Positions 25,426-39,654 of a stretch of DNA of 64,000 bases are shown here, piece by piece (position 1 is the first letter of the stretch; each line of letters begins with the position of its first letter). The position numbers and the translations under genes are program-made. Under the pieces are notes generated by a model. The model did no database searches and was not told where the DNA came from. It was given only the letters and a program-made list of their open reading frames with translations. The stretch is from Lingula anatina. Taxonomy: Eukaryota; Animalia; Brachiopoda. The stretch spans positions 5,402,954 to 5,466,953 of the forward strand of contig CM120644.1 in NCBI GenBank assembly GCA_051362555.1. Reading direction: 5' to 3'.

Positions 25426-28400
25426 CACCCTGCAAGAAGGTGAACTAAACGTTGAACTAAAGGTCACAAAGCCATCTTCATCTCTTACATGTGCATGCAT
25501 GGACATAACGCCCGCACGTGCTGGTGTAATGGAAATGGACACACCTTAAGGTTCAGAGGTCACATCTCTCTCTTTCTCCATCTCCATGGTGACACTATTT
25601 CCATGGTGACGTCGCATGGCAGCTAGGACAGCTCTGTGACTGAGCAGGAAAAGAAAATGGCAAAAGTGCACAGCATTCAAGTAACACAGTCTGAGTGAGT
25701 CAGTTCCTAAGAAACAGACAGTGATATGATCTTCCATAAAGCTCACATATGATCCCAAAACTGACAAGTTTTGCCATCTGAGTCCTATTATAATGTGTTG
25801 TGCTGCTAGGTGGAACAAGTTTTTAAGGGATGGTCAAGGAGGGTTCTCTAAAGTGTTACTCCGCGACACTATTGCTCAGCCCTAAGAGGTGCCCTGCTTG
25901 CTTACTTATCAATAAGATGGCTTGTGAAACAATTAAACAAAAGCCTCACGGGGAAATATATGACATGGATATGTGAATGAACAAGACAAGAACATGTAGA
26001 CATACGAGGATGTACATTTTACAGGAATACTGCATAATTTATTACCAATACAATATATGACAAACTGGCGATGCTACGTGGTGAATAAGCAGTTGTCATA
26101 AGACTATTTTAGAGTAATTAAAACATGTATGAGATATTGACAAATGCGAGAGAGAGTTTGTGGCAGTTTAAATGAAAACCCACTCCATGAATTCTGGATC
26201 TGCCGTTGAATGGGAAAGTACACCAGGGTTTAATGGTGATCAGTAGGGAGGAAGAAAAGCTGCTCCTCCTTTGTACAACCACCATCTTAAATGCTCACTT
26301 GTGACTTGATTGTCATCTCATTCATTTCTAAGATATCTGGTCATACTGATGGCTCCCAGGGTGCAGGCTGAGTGCAACTTCTCACATTGCATTTGTGGGT
26401 GTAATATCTACAGGTTTTGTGACCATGAGGACAAGACTGAAGATAAACTGGACAATAAATAAGTGTGTATTTTATTTCATATCTTCAGCACAAGGTCGAT
26501 TGTAAAGGTTGCTTGGATATGGCTATTATAGCTAAAAAGAGTCATGGGTGTGGCTTTTCCTGTACACTAGCACCACCATGAGGTGTCATTGAACAAGCCT
26601 GGTTCTCCTTAAATGCAACGCTTTCTGTTAGATCTGTATGCATTGCGCTATGTTGCTATAATCGTGCAATTTTAAGCGTAAATTGTGAATCATGGAAACA
26701 ATTTTAAATGGATTTTTCACTCTAAATCAAGTCTGGCCATTTTCTCTGTTTTTGTCGATTGTCAGCTGTCTTGCCCTAAAAGGAGTATTCCTGTGTAACA
26801 AATTGGATATTGTGTGTACTGCACAAGAGCCTTAATTTTACTAAATGGTGTATTAAATATTCATGACCAGTGGAATAAAAAGGAAAGGCAGCCTTCCATT
26901 TTCTGCCTCATTTCTTTAAAATAATGTCAAGTCGAGCATGTGTACATATTTTAGACTGCAAAGATTTACAAAACTGAAAGGGTTTGATGAATGGTAGGGG
27001 CAAGGCAAAAGTGGTGTAGCTTTTTCTGCTGTCAAAATTATTTACATTATAATCAATTTTATGATCAGGTACACCCTTGACATCAATTGTTACTCCTGTC
27101 CTGTCCTTTCCTGTGCATATGTGCACTTAAGCAAAATATGCAAATGGTTTGATGCTCTTTTGCTGGAAAAAGATTGTGAAACCACTTTTTTTCCCCCTGA
27201 AAGTAACCGTATAAATAAGAAAGCAGCTCTGTTATTTTAAGTATCAATACTTATGGTGCAAGAAACATGACAAATAGTTTTGAAAGCAGAAGAAGCTCAG
27301 TACTATTTCTATGCTGAAAGGGGTTCAGACTGGGTGGGTTTGGGGAAGCGTTTGCTGATTTTTTAGACAGCATTTTTTACCATGAAGGCATCTGTTTACA
27401 AAGCATTATTTTTATTTGTTTGCTTTTATTTTAAAGTGTAATTATTAATGATATGTTATTAAGTAGGGAGCATTTGAGCTTAGAAAATGTACACATCGAT
27501 AACACTGAATCATATTCGGTGAAATTTTTCATGTGTATTTAAATTATTCATGCTTTCCCCCGCCTTTAAATTGAATTTGATGATCTCAATAATGATTTTA
27601 ATTGTTAATATTAATAAAAGTTCTCATCCAGGTAATGCATACTGGATGATTTTATGAAGAGTGAATATAATAGGCATTTACACCAACTTAGATTGGACTA
27701 TTTATAGCTACAGACTTCAGTCGCAATTCTATTTAATATATGTATGTCAACTTATACACAGGTACTGGATAATAGCAGAGAATAACCTTAGAAAATGGTT
27801 TTCAGTTAAGATTGGTTGAAAAAATCTAAGTATTTAGTAAAAGTGTAGCTGTTTCATTGACCGCAAATTCTCTTCTTGTAGGAGTATAGTGAACTGACAC
27901 AGAAAGGGAAAAGTTTGATTGACAGGTCAGTGTAAACAGGTCTTTTTGATTAATGATTTATATCCATCAGTTGACGTACCATGTCTGTGGCTTTGACAGG
28001 TTTTAATGAGAACAGTGCTTGTTTTATTATAATTCCAGATTTCTCTAGTAAAAGCATACATTCTGGTGAAGATATTGTGAAATGTTTTCTTATTCTATAC
28101 ATATTGAAGCTTCATTAAATATTGTTTGCCCAAATAATTTGACAAATTTGCAATAGGTAAACAAGAACTATTTTTCTCCATTTAATTATGTGTAGGTTTA
28201 TTCTGATCAATACGTATTTCATACTGTGAAATATATGTCCAAAGTTCTTTCTCAATCGTGGTATGTCACATATGTAGATTCATATTTTTGTCTTTGCTGC
28301 ATTTTTAAATTGTACATTGTTGCATGTTTGCTGCAGTCAGTATATATATAGATATACATTGTAGCATTGTTGCTACCATATTGATACAGTGTAGCAAAGT

Positions 28401-28979
28401 GTGGCAATAATTAGCCATGCCCATGGTGTATATCGTTCAGAAATACAATCTACATTTTGGTACATAAAAAAAAACATTGTGTTGTTTTTTTGTATCTTTG
28501 TATTTTATCTTTTGTAGGGCTCACGCTCTCAATATAAACATATATAACTAACACATTATGTTTACGATATGCAAAATATAGTGGTTTTGGTCTGTTTTCT
28601 GTGAAACCTTATCTCTTAGTACGTCAACCAATTGTCATTTCACACGGCATTTAAAGTTAACAGCGGCAAGTAACTAATTATATTGCCGTAAACGTATGTA
28701 GGGCTATACCCTGCATGACCCGGTACATGAACATCATGCCCCCGCGAACATCGGCGATCCAATTTTCGACATTTTTAATCTCTACTGGAATGATTCGAGC
28801 ACATTTCGGCTGTATTAGCTCTCAAATGCAGCACAAATGTAGTTGGAAAAACTAAGAATATCAATTCAATTCAATTTATTTCTGTACTGGTACAAAGATT
28901 GTCATGACCTTGTACAATATGAGTGAAGATATGATGGCAAAAGCTGGGACGACTGGCTGAGGTAAACCACTTCGAATGT

Positions 28980-30223
28980 AATATTTTGTCTGGTTGCAAG
29001 TCAGCTACATATATGGGACTAAACAATTAATATTATTGCATTTGCCCTCATTCCTCTTCAATGAATATTTGGTATTTCAGCAGTTTCACTTAACTGTAAG
29101 GATAAATTGGGGATATTGGTAAACGTTTTATCAAAATGTGTGCGTTTGTGTGTGAGAGAGAGAAGAGAAGAGAGAGATAAATGGGTGGTGGAGGGTGGTG
29201 GTGATTGTCCATCAACCAAGCCAAGACCCGACAAACCGTTCCATGACCAAATGATAAGAGAGAGAGAGAGAGAGAAAGGTAAAAAGAATGCTTCGCCAGA
29301 CAAGCAGCCAAGAGATGAACCATACTAGCATAACGCCTCAATAATAATAATAATAATAATAATAATAAACATCACTGTCAATGATGGTGGGTTAGTTGAC
29401 CTGAGCAGAATGCTTTTCACTGTTTGAAATCTACCACTTTGTCTGACCAGTGGGACATGCCTTCAAACACTGGTTGAAAACAACCCCCTCCACTTATGAA
29501 CCCTATACCAAGTCGCATGTAGGCCTACATGAATTGTCTGTACATCAGGAAAGAGAATAATTTTACGAATTTTACGAATTATACATTGACATATATATTG
29601 AAAAACCAATCTGTGAACATGCATCCTCCCAGCAGATGGATTCGTCCCACCCCTTTGGGGCTCGGGATTGTTTTGAAGCTTCTGAAACTAGGGTCCACCT
29701 ATTTTTCTACCAGAGACCAGATGGATGATGTCGCCAAGGTGCGCTAACAGTCACAAAATCTGTCCAAGGGCCTTCAACCGGTTCTGCAACAGCAGTAGGT
29801 GGAGCTCTGGTAGGGGGTCCCAGGGTCCAAATCGAAAGTGAAGAAAGTATATAGGACTCTATAGGAATTTTATTGGACGGCCTTCACATCCAGAATATGT
29901 GTCTCATTGGACCCAATGGGATTTTGGCCAATAACCTATAGTGGGGAAAGGCACATGTTCGCCTAATTGAGTTACCGCATAATCTCAATTAGATTTGTGT
30001 TGGGATTTTGTTCTCATGTATTCATAATGGCCAATTAAAATAATGTTGAATATATTGTGTCAGATCACAAGTCAGCTGTGTTGAGAATTATAAAATGGGA
30101 CTAATCAATTAAGTGCATTTGCTCACATCCCTGTTCAATTAATATTTTATTTTTAGCATTTTCATTCATCTATAGGGGTAAACTGCGAATATTGGTAAAT
30201 GTTTTATGTCAAGATATATGCCA

Positions 30224-30281
<58 letters not shown>

Positions 30282-30592
30282 AAGAGAGAGGTAAAAGGTT
30301 GTGATTAATCAGACTAGTATAACGCCTCAATAATAATTATTAATGTTAACAGCAATGCTGGTAGTTTAGTTCAAATGCGCTTTCTTCCAGTTTTTTCTCG
30401 ATTATCTGATCAGTGACACCGACCTTGACACAATGACTGAGAACACCCGTCCCCTCACCCAAGACAGCTGTGTAGACAGGTGTGAAAATTGACTAAACAG
30501 TTAATTGCATTTGTCGTTGTTCCCGTTCAGTTAATGTTTTGTTTTTTAGCAGTTATAAGGGTAAACTGCGACAGTGCCAGGATATGTGCCAC

Positions 30593-30600
<8 letters not shown>
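28980..30600 (+). repeat. Three diverged local copies of a non-coding unit
   Basis: The unit CAGCT..GACTAA(A/T)CA..TGCATTTG..TTCA(A/G)T..GG(A/G)TAAA..(TG)n(AG)n recurs at about 28980-29470, 30050-30460 and 30465-30670; ATAACGCCTCAATAATAAT is shared by the first two. Confidence 0.7.
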
Positions 30601-30671
<71 letters not shown>

Positions 30672-31012
30672 GATATGGATGGTGGGATATGGCGATAAGT
30701 GCCAGTTAACCGCTCCATAACAAAGTGATGAGAGCCAAAGAGAGGGAGAGAAAGAGAAGCAAGGAAAAGAAGGCATTATTATACGGGGTCGTGCTTGAGT
30801 TAGATAAACTAAAGAGAGAATGAGAGGAAGGAAAAAGAGCGGAGTTAGATAAACTAATGAGAGAATGAGAGGAAGGAAAAAGAGCGGCGATTGTCAGTTA
30901 AATATCATGATGCCTTCTGGTGGATTAATTTTTCCAATGGTTGCACCTGTCGACCCTGGTAAATAACATGCATGCAGTCGACATGTTTAATATACATGTA
31001 TGTTGTCACTTT

Positions 31013-31049
<37 letters not shown>

Positions 31050-31169
31050 CACGCGGAAGGAGAATATAAAGAAAATGTATCAATCCATTCCGACATAAAT
31101 GATAGAAAGAAGATATCAAAAAAGAGAGAAAGAGAAAGAGGTAGAATACTCAAACCGCGTTGCTATCGA

Positions 31170-31398
31170 TCCATTCTGACATTAAACTGATCGTGATGCA
31201 AGGATTGTTTTGCTATAGTTTCTTAACATACTGTCCCATAACAATCTCTCTTAAGCCAAACAGAAAAATTCCTTGAACTCGCTTTCTTAACTACTGGCCA
31301 AAACTAGTAGGTTAAAGTACATCATTTGCATAAAGCTATACCGTTAACAGTAAACATAGTAGTGTATGATTATATTAAGAATGTGATTAGACGTGATT

Positions 31399-31442
<44 letters not shown>

Positions 31443-31659
31443 GTCACGTCACCATGGAGACCTTGACAGTAACAATATATATGTGGACTAAACCTGCTGC
31501 GGGACGTCTCAATGCTGAAACAGACTTTGTGCGAACAAGCAAGTAAGGTTAGATTTATCTGAATGTTCTCTTTTCCTAAGTACAATGTAGAATTTACTTT
31601 CACAGTCAGGATCACACGATGAGCAGAAATATCATCCAGTTTCCTGTATACCTTAATAC
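31170..31659 (+). promoter_or_regulatory. Paralogous copy of the GPCR promoter, non-coding exon 1 and intron start
   Basis: Collinear with 46495-46918: CCATTCT(G/A)ACATTAAACTGATCGTGATGCAA, ATTTGCAT, GCTATACCGTTAACAGTAAA, TCACGTCA, donor GTAAGGTTAG (31543), GATGAGCAGAAATATCATCCAGTTT-like block. Confidence 0.75.
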
Positions 31660-31714
31660 ATACAGACTTGACATTTGAAATGGAATATTTCAGTTCTCCC
31701 TAAAGGACGTCCTG

Positions 31715-32035
31715 TAGGGCCTGGTCTTGCAGACATGAACGATCATGGCTCTCCATTCTTCCCTGTTTTCGGTCTTCCTCATGAGCTCATTGTTGTTGCC
31801 CTCTTTATTCGTTGCTAATTTGTTTAAGCTGTCTGTGAATGTTGTGCGTTGTCTTCCTCTGCTCTTTTTTTCCACATATTTTGCCACTCCATAACAGTTT
31901 CTCTAGTCCGCCAGCCCTGATTATATGGCCGAAAATTTTGAGCTGTCTTTCTCTGATGGTGTTGAGAAGGGATCTCTTGTATCTAGCCATGTCCATTACT
32001 TCTGCATTCGTTTTTTTCTGTCCATCCATGGGACT
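31715..32035 (-). mobile_element. RTE-clade LINE 3' fragment
   Basis: Minus-strand peptides IRERQLKIFGHIIRAGGLEKLLWSGKICGK and SRGRQRTTFTDSL...ENREEWRAMI match the RTE ORF C-terminus; frameshifted. Confidence 0.85.
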
Positions 32036-32097
32036 TTCCTGTAGGGCCAAAGAGTGTATTTATGTTGGGGGATTTTCTGAACAAATATCTTTTCCAG

Positions 32098-32205
32098 CTC
32101 CCTGAGATTCCCAACCTTGCTTAAAAGGAGGGACGTGCACTGAAGTTGGTGACAATTTCCAGTACGTTTGTCCTGATCATATTGGGGGAGACACTTGCAA
32201 CACAG
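32098..32205 (+). pseudogene. Disabled EGF-domain exon
   Basis: Phase 1-1 exon with intact TTTCCAG| and CAG|GTACGT. It translates P*DSQPCLKGGTCTEVGDNFQYVCPDHIGGDTCNT: Cys1 is TGA and Cys4 is Tyr. Confidence 0.8.
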
Positions 32206-33994
32206 GTACGTTTAGTTCGTGGCTGTGTAAATATCATACCCCGTCATACCTGATGGGGCCCTTTTCATAAAAGATCTATGGTTTTTCGTAATTTGTTCAC
32301 TAAAATATTTGTAATATTATGACTCAAACCATTTAATCCCGCGGGCCTAAACGTAACAGGAAATGTTTTGAATTATAGGCCTATATGTTCTCAGCCACCT
32401 ACTTTTTAAATGTTTGCAGGAATGCACGACCACAAAAGGGTAAGTTACACACGTATAAGCTAAAGATGAATATATTATTTAAATCTAAGATTTTATTTTT
32501 ATTTTATATGTATCCAACTCACGATATATAATTTGGTGTTTTACAATATATACTGTATATTTTTTTCATGGTGATTTTTATGGTGATTAGTGGGGCACTG
32601 GGCCAATATGGGGGTAATGAGCAGCAAGGTGAGGATTTTTCAAGGTACATTTTTAATAAAATAATTGAAGGAGATGTAATTATAAAAATATCTTAAAATA
32701 AAATTGCTACATTTAGCATTTTTTAAACCTATTTATATATTCTAATGATGTGATGTAGGTGTGTTTAGGTATTTCTTCCGAATGCTGAGTATGGTGGGAT
32801 AATAATCTTGAGGAAAGGGAAGCCTTAGCTTCATCCCTAATGGCCAATGGACCGGAGGTCAAGCGAATCTTAAGGCTTACTTCTTTCCTGGACTATAGAA
32901 TAGAAGCTGAGAGAGTGAACAGTGAAGTGTAAACAAAGCAGAAAATTGGCTGCCGGGGATGACTTAGACTCACTGCTGTGTTCAGATCAACTCCGCGTTT
33001 ACCAGATATTAATCTGTTCTGTGATCTGTTCTTAGGCGTTCAGACATGCACATATTGTGACAAACAAAAAAACACTTGAAAGCTAATAAATCACCAGTGT
33101 TATACATAATAAATAATTCAAGTTATCAAAAATAATGACATTCTGTTAATCAAAACATTTAACAAACAAAGTGCAATCATATGCAGGACTTGGATTAAAA
33201 CCAGAGATAGGGACAGTTCGTTCGAACCCCCCGTACCTCCCCTGGCTACGGGCCTGCAGCAACCATGTTTACTCACATCGACTTGGGGACCAAATCTCTT
33301 TTTGTGTCGATCAAAAGCAACAATTCAGTCGTCCTACTTACATGTGGGAAGCATTTGTAATTATTACCGTTATTTTAATTTGTTTTGCGGCTCTTACTCC
33401 CCCCCCCCCCCCTCCCTCCAAGTAAGCTCGAGGACCCCTGCCCCATGGCGCATATCACCAGCTTGATTTCTGGCATATAAGAGCAGCGGGCCCAAGTGGT
33501 GTAAGGGATATGTTCTCCATAATCTTTGCTGATTTCACATGTTCCATTTATTTAAAAAAACATCTCAATTTTTTGGGAATTATCTTCTTTCGTTTTATAT
33601 AGCGTAAATGGTGATTACGTTACATCTTTTAGTTTCTTTTTTAGTCGCGCCTCACACGACTTCCATTCAAGACACAATAAAAGGTGAAAAAGAAATATTT
33701 ACAGACAACTTGAGTTTTACCACTGCATTGCCAACAGTTCATTATTACTCTTTTGACGACAACCTGGCGTTACACCTCTTAAAAGCTAGGGTTTGATATC
33801 AAATTTGTTATATTATGTTGTATTATATGTTATATTTTGTAAGAATGAAGAGGTAGAGCGTACTTTATTTGGTTGCGACAGATGCGCCCAACCTTTCGTG
33901 AGTAATGTGTTGTTGTATTTGAAACCAACATGCAACAACTGAACTTGTTCACATCAGATCAGCAGACTGCAAGAACACTTGTTCTTTGTTCAAA

Positions 33995-34034
<40 letters not shown>

Positions 34035-34289
34035 TGTGTGTGAGTGCGGGCGTTTGTGCGTTCGAGCGCGTAGGTGTCTGGAACGAAGGTTGATGCTAGG
34101 CTGACACCTTGATCAGTTAAAGAATCCAAAAACCAATTCATAATACAGAACCTCCGACTAGGCGAGTTCATCATTAAAAATAAAGAGTTCGATAAATAAA
34201 TAAATAAATAAGTAATGATCAAATAATATATAAAAAGAGGATATGGTGACTACTAAAAAGCTATTTAAATGAAATAAACTGTTAACAAC

Positions 34290-35167
34290 GATATACAGAA
34301 CCACCTACTCCAGCTATGGGAGTGCGTAGGCTCCCTGGGGAGAGGCTGTTAACTGAAAATATTCAGGAAACAATAGCTGGAGGAGGTGGTTCTGTACATG
34401 TTTGGGGTGCCATTTGCAGCAACGGTATTTGCCCATTGCTTCCTCTGGATGAAAACCTTAATGCTGCCAGATACAGAGACATTCTCCAGCAGAACAGAAC
34501 CTGGAGCCATTCGGAAGAGGGATATACAGAGACAATTTTAGATTGCAACATGACAATGCAACTCCCCACACAGACCGCTTAATTGCAGACTATATCCGAC
34601 AAAACAACATTCAGCTGATGCCACAGCCAGCAAAAAGCCCAGATGCAAACCCAATTGAGCACATGTGGGACGAACTTGGTCGTGCTATTCAGAGGAGAAA
34701 CCCTCCCCCTACAAATCTAGATGAACTGCGAGATGCCCTGACCAGAATTCCTCTCCAAAGAGCTGTAATTCTAGTTCACAGTATGCCACGCCGTCTGGCG
34801 GCCATTATCCAAGCTCGGGGTGGGCATACCCGCTATTTAGATTAATAATGAACTCTGAAGATGTTTCATGACAATTTCCCCTAATTTCATATTAATTGTC
34901 AATCACAGTATAAATTTATGTTTAATTTTTCACTTGGTACTGTTACGTAAAAAAGTACTCTTTTTGGGGGCATGAGAAAAAAAACCTAAATAAATTAACG
35001 CTTTTTTCACATTTGCATTGGTTGTTTCTCCTTGACTCTACCAATCCTCCAGCTTCACATATTGAACAATATAAACAGTATTAATTTGATAATATCAATA
35101 ATAATGAAAGAAACAGGGCGATATGCATCCCAAAATTTCCGTGTACCAACCATTTTGGGCAAGAGTG
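34290..35167 (+). mobile_element. Tc1-family transposon, 5'-truncated relic
   Basis: GGGSVHVWGAI, QHDNATPH, PAKSPDANPIEHMWDEL, IIQARGGHTRY (DD34E domain, frameshifted). Probable right TIR ...GTACCAACCATTTTGGGCAAGAGTG followed by TA at 35168. Confidence 0.9.
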
Positions 35168-36899
35168 TATAAAAAAATAAATACATACTGTAGTTAATCA
35201 TAAAGCAATTAAGTGAGCAACACACACACACACACACACACACTCTTTTGGGATCACTTTTACTTCCTCTGAGGAACAGCGATTGACTTTCGTCAATCAA
35301 ATAGAACTGCTGAGCAGTGAATCTGCAGTTGAATGTCATTACACCAAAATGAAACGTAAAACAGATTTAAATGTGCTTTATTTAATTTTATTTCCTGTGT
35401 ATAAGATGTAAATTTAAAAGTATATAATATATTTTAAAAGAAAAAGATAAACCAGATGTTTGTTTGTATTTTTTGCTTATCAAAAAACACTTGCTCCTGC
35501 ACACAATACACGTGCTTGCCGTGTGCCAAGTTTGGCAGCTACACTCAGCTTCACAGTATGGCCCGATACCACTATAAGGGCTGCGCAATGGCTACACCAA
35601 AATCAGTTTTTAATTCAGAATGTTGCTTGTATTGTGGCACTGACCTCGACTACAAGTTATTCTTAATTCAAACTTCTAACTCCGCGTCAGCCACTTTGCT
35701 TCTTGTCTCGTTTGCACTAGATAACGTCAGCGCAAGGCGGGAAAGGCAGCTCCAGGCGGCCAAACCTGTGACGTACGAGACTTATGACTTCCAAATATGG
35801 AGCTCAGGCGGACACAGCTGTGACGTACGACACATGTGACTTCCAAATGTGGAAGCGCTCTAGGCAGAATTTTTTTGAAGAACACCCACAGCTTGACGGT
35901 GTTCGCTAGAGCCTGGTATTACTGATATGGGTTATATATGAAATCAAGAACGAGCTGGCAATACTGGAATCTAGAATCTAGGGTAACCAAACTGTGTGTG
36001 GTAGAGTTTTGGCTATATACATGAATCACGTTATACAATTTTCCTGTTGTCATATTGACATGCTTTAAGACCACGGGGTGCGCTATATATATAGTTAGAG
36101 GTCTGTTACAAAAATGGTGAAAGATTTCGTATATAGTATTTTAGTGGGACCCTGATCAGAGGGTAATATGTATTCACATAGGGCCTCTTGTTTAAAACGT
36201 ACTCTTATAATCACCAGCTTTTCTGTATTTTCCTCAACGGCAGGAGTACGGGGTTTGAAGGAGGCGCGTTAAGCTGTTGATCTCATTGCAGTCAACGAGA
36301 ATCCCTGTGAGGTTTGATCGATTTACGTAGAGTGATAGTTTCATTGGAAATGAGCCCTTGGAATTTAAATATTGGGCGTTTTCTGCTTCGCCTTGTCCCT
36401 ATCACCAAGTTATGAGCAATGTATGTGGTACAAGTGTCGGCTTTAAGTGGCAGCATTGATGCAAGATTTCTGCAGGGCAAATTTATGATAAAATGCCATA
36501 TAACTGAATGACAGTCTGGCATGTGCCATCATACAATTTTCAATATGACAGTCTGGCATGTGCCATCATACAATTTTCAATATGCAGTAGCAAATGTATA
36601 TGAATCATAAATAAAGCCTCTGTATTGTAGAGTAACAGCTGGCCCGGGGTCACAAATACCTAGTCGAAATGTCAGCATTGCTCATCTTTTATATATTATT
36701 TTTCAACTGTTACTGAACATTCTTCCGGATGTAAGATTTCGTTTAAGAATCAGTAACATAACATTTGCATAAGGCAATGGTATATACAGCCAACAGATAT
36801 GTTTTATATTGAGCATGATTGTGATTGGATAGTTTCTCCTGTGTCCCGCCTATCACCATGGAGATCTCGACAGTGACAGCTCTAGTGTATATGTGGATG

Positions 36900-38135
36900 A
36901 AGCCTGTCCTTGGGTGCCTCATTGCTGGATCAGACTTCAGTACGAAAAAACAAGGTAAGATCATCGTGACAGTTGTTTTCATAAGAAAAATCAGTGATGT
37001 CGCTTTAAAAACTATTTTGCTTCAGACCTGTGCACTTAGCTACGTATGTGCAAAAGCATTCGCCAGAATGAATAGGTATTATTCAAGGTACAGGTATAAA
37101 CTTTATAAGTTGGGGATTTGCGGAAATTTCATGAATTCCCTTCAGGCCTTATATAGAAAAACAATTAGTCAACGTAAATAACCTATTGTGTAGATTAGTG
37201 CATATAAATATGGACAATAGCAGGTTATCTAAAAAGTTTTTCTTATCGAGTTTAAATATCTAAATATGGTAAAAGAATTGGATAACCAGAGTTAGAAGTA
37301 AATTTAATAACCTTGGAGTTCAACTGATTTGTCTTCAGCCGACTTTCTTATATGTAAGGCTTACGCAATAAACTGTGTTAACAGGGTCGGATCCTGGATA
37401 ATTTGGAGTGGGGGGGTCCGTTTTTATAGGAATGACAGACAGCGGATGCGAAACCGACCCCCTTGCGGTCGGGTTCGGGGCCCGATGAAAGAGCCCCAAA
37501 AATGTTGGTATTGTAGAGGGCAAATGGTGCCATTTGATCCGGTTTAGAACCATGATTTAGCTAGTCAAAATTCTAATTTCAAGAGGGGACCATTGATGTG
37601 ATTTTTTTTCGGAAATCGGAGGGGGACAGGACTGCCCCTGACACCCCCTAAATCCGCCACTTGCTTAAGGTGTGTGCTGCTGCAGAACACCGCTCTGACT
37701 GGTTTGCTAAGTTATGGGACGACACTCCCTGTAGTAATGGTAGGGTAAATAAACTAAGATTGTTTAGATTATTTAAAGAAGATCTAAAAGTACATTTAAG
37801 CAGTTATGTCAAAAAACAATCGTTGTCGACTAAACTTTTCAGTGCACTTGCTAAGGTGAGGTGTTCGAATAAAAACGGGTCGATATGAAAAACTAGCTAT
37901 TGTGGAAAGAACCTGTCCATTATGTGATAAGGGGATTGCAGACAAGGTTCACTTTTTAGTTAACTGTCACTTTTTACTGATAAACGTGGTGAAAATTTTA
38001 ATATGGCCAGACGTTTTAATAACAATTTTGTTTTCTTAAATGATAACGACAAGTTCTTATTTTTGATAATTAGTGATAATATGATGAATTTCGATGCCAA
38101 AACCTGCTGCCGATTTCTAGAATTAAGAAAAAATT
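36900..38135 (+). mobile_element. Old LINE relic (RT fragment and C-terminal CCHC finger), interrupted by a MITE-like piece at about 37385-37661
   Basis: KAFARMNR...YKLYKLGICGNFMNSLQALY (RT region), NKLRLFRLFK...LAKVRCSN, and ERTCPLCDKGIADKVHFLVNC (C-x2-C-x7-H-x4-C). Confidence 0.75.
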
Positions 38136-38557
38136 AATTTATGAATTATGTTTTCAAGAATATTTTAAGTGATATTCAGTAAATCATAGTTCTATATAGA
38201 ACATTCTAAATTAACTGAAAGTCAATGTTTATTTCGTTAAATTATGTAATTTATACCTTTGGCGTCATACCAGAGCCTAAAACGATTTCCATATCCCTTA
38301 CTCCAAAATTTCAACTCAGATTTGAATCACATACAATACTCATAGTTAAATTGCAATTTCAAAGTAAAGAGATTTCGCTGGAAGCATTGGTTTTCAGATG
38401 AGCTGAATAAGTGATGTCGTTTTTACAATTTTTTTTTTTTTTTTTGCGCTTGCTAACTTGTTGATGTAAAAAGTCAAACTGCGTTTGTTTTATAAAATCA
38501 TATTTCGTTCTAGCACAGAAACACAGACCGTTGATTCTAAAATCAGTCAATATAGTG

Positions 38558-39598
38558 ATGGGATTGATGTTCAACCCGCACCTTGTTCTGGCTTTGATGA
38601 CGTGGACATTCCTCTGTCCCTCACAGTGTAATGGCGCACAGGGTAAGTATTTGACTCAAGCGGCATAAAATATTAACGGTTTTTATATGACATTTAGCTA
38701 CCAAGAGAAAAAGTCTATATAGTGGGTGTTCCAGTTTGATATGAATTAATTAGAAGAATCTTTGGGGCACTTAACCCAGTACTTTGGAGCTGTTAACTGT
38801 CAGTAAAGTCAGCTGTAGAGTCCTTATTCGGCAGATTATTACTAAAGGAGGTGGGAAGTTTGGGATCTACAATTGTACTTTAAATATATTTGTCTTAAAT
38901 CCGCGCTACACATACATCGTAGCGCTGTTTACGAATAAATTCTATAATCGTAAAAGATAAATTAAAAATAATATAAGAGCTTTTAAAAAAGCTAGAAGAT
39001 ACATAAATTAAACAAATTATTCTTTAAATAAAGAGATTAAAACAGATTAATTTCTAGAATTATCCTCCTTTTTTATATAATCTTGTGTGAAAATTATAAT
39101 TTTTAAACATGCATTCATAAATAATACTAAAATGAAACAAAAACCTAGAAGAGCATCATCTTAAATAACGCTTATTCTCGGCGCTTAGGATTAAAAGCAA
39201 TTTCTCGGCCATTGAAGGAGAATAGAGTAAAAAATAATGGCATATTAGCGATGACCGTCATAAGCAATAAACATTGACAAAATTTATGCATGGGCATTTA
39301 TTAGCTGTTTTCTCTGAAGCCATGTCGAGGAACATTTTTCTGCACAACAGTTCTAATTCGCCATGTTGTGGAGACCTAGACAAACCATCAGAGATCAGCA
39401 TGCGCAGGCTGGCTATGAACAGCTTGAACAGTCTCGGCCTGTGCATCCCTGGTCTCAGTTTTAAAAAATTGGTCAGTTTCTAGTGGTCAATGTCTTCGTA
39501 CCAATGTTACCACTATCAGGAACAGTGTCACACAACTCTTATGGACATCCTAGCCAGCTAAGCCAAGAAAACTGACTTATTATTATTTGTTTTATTTA

Positions 39599-39654
<56 letters not shown>

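Noticed and set aside
32103-32105. TGA at a cysteine position read as selenocysteine
   Set aside because: A second, non-partner cysteine is also lost (Tyr) and no SECIS element is evident; simple decay is more likely.
30796-36583. Short perfect tandem duplications (30796-30887, 36508-36583)
   Set aside because: Ordinary slippage duplications in non-coding or repeat DNA, with no evident function.
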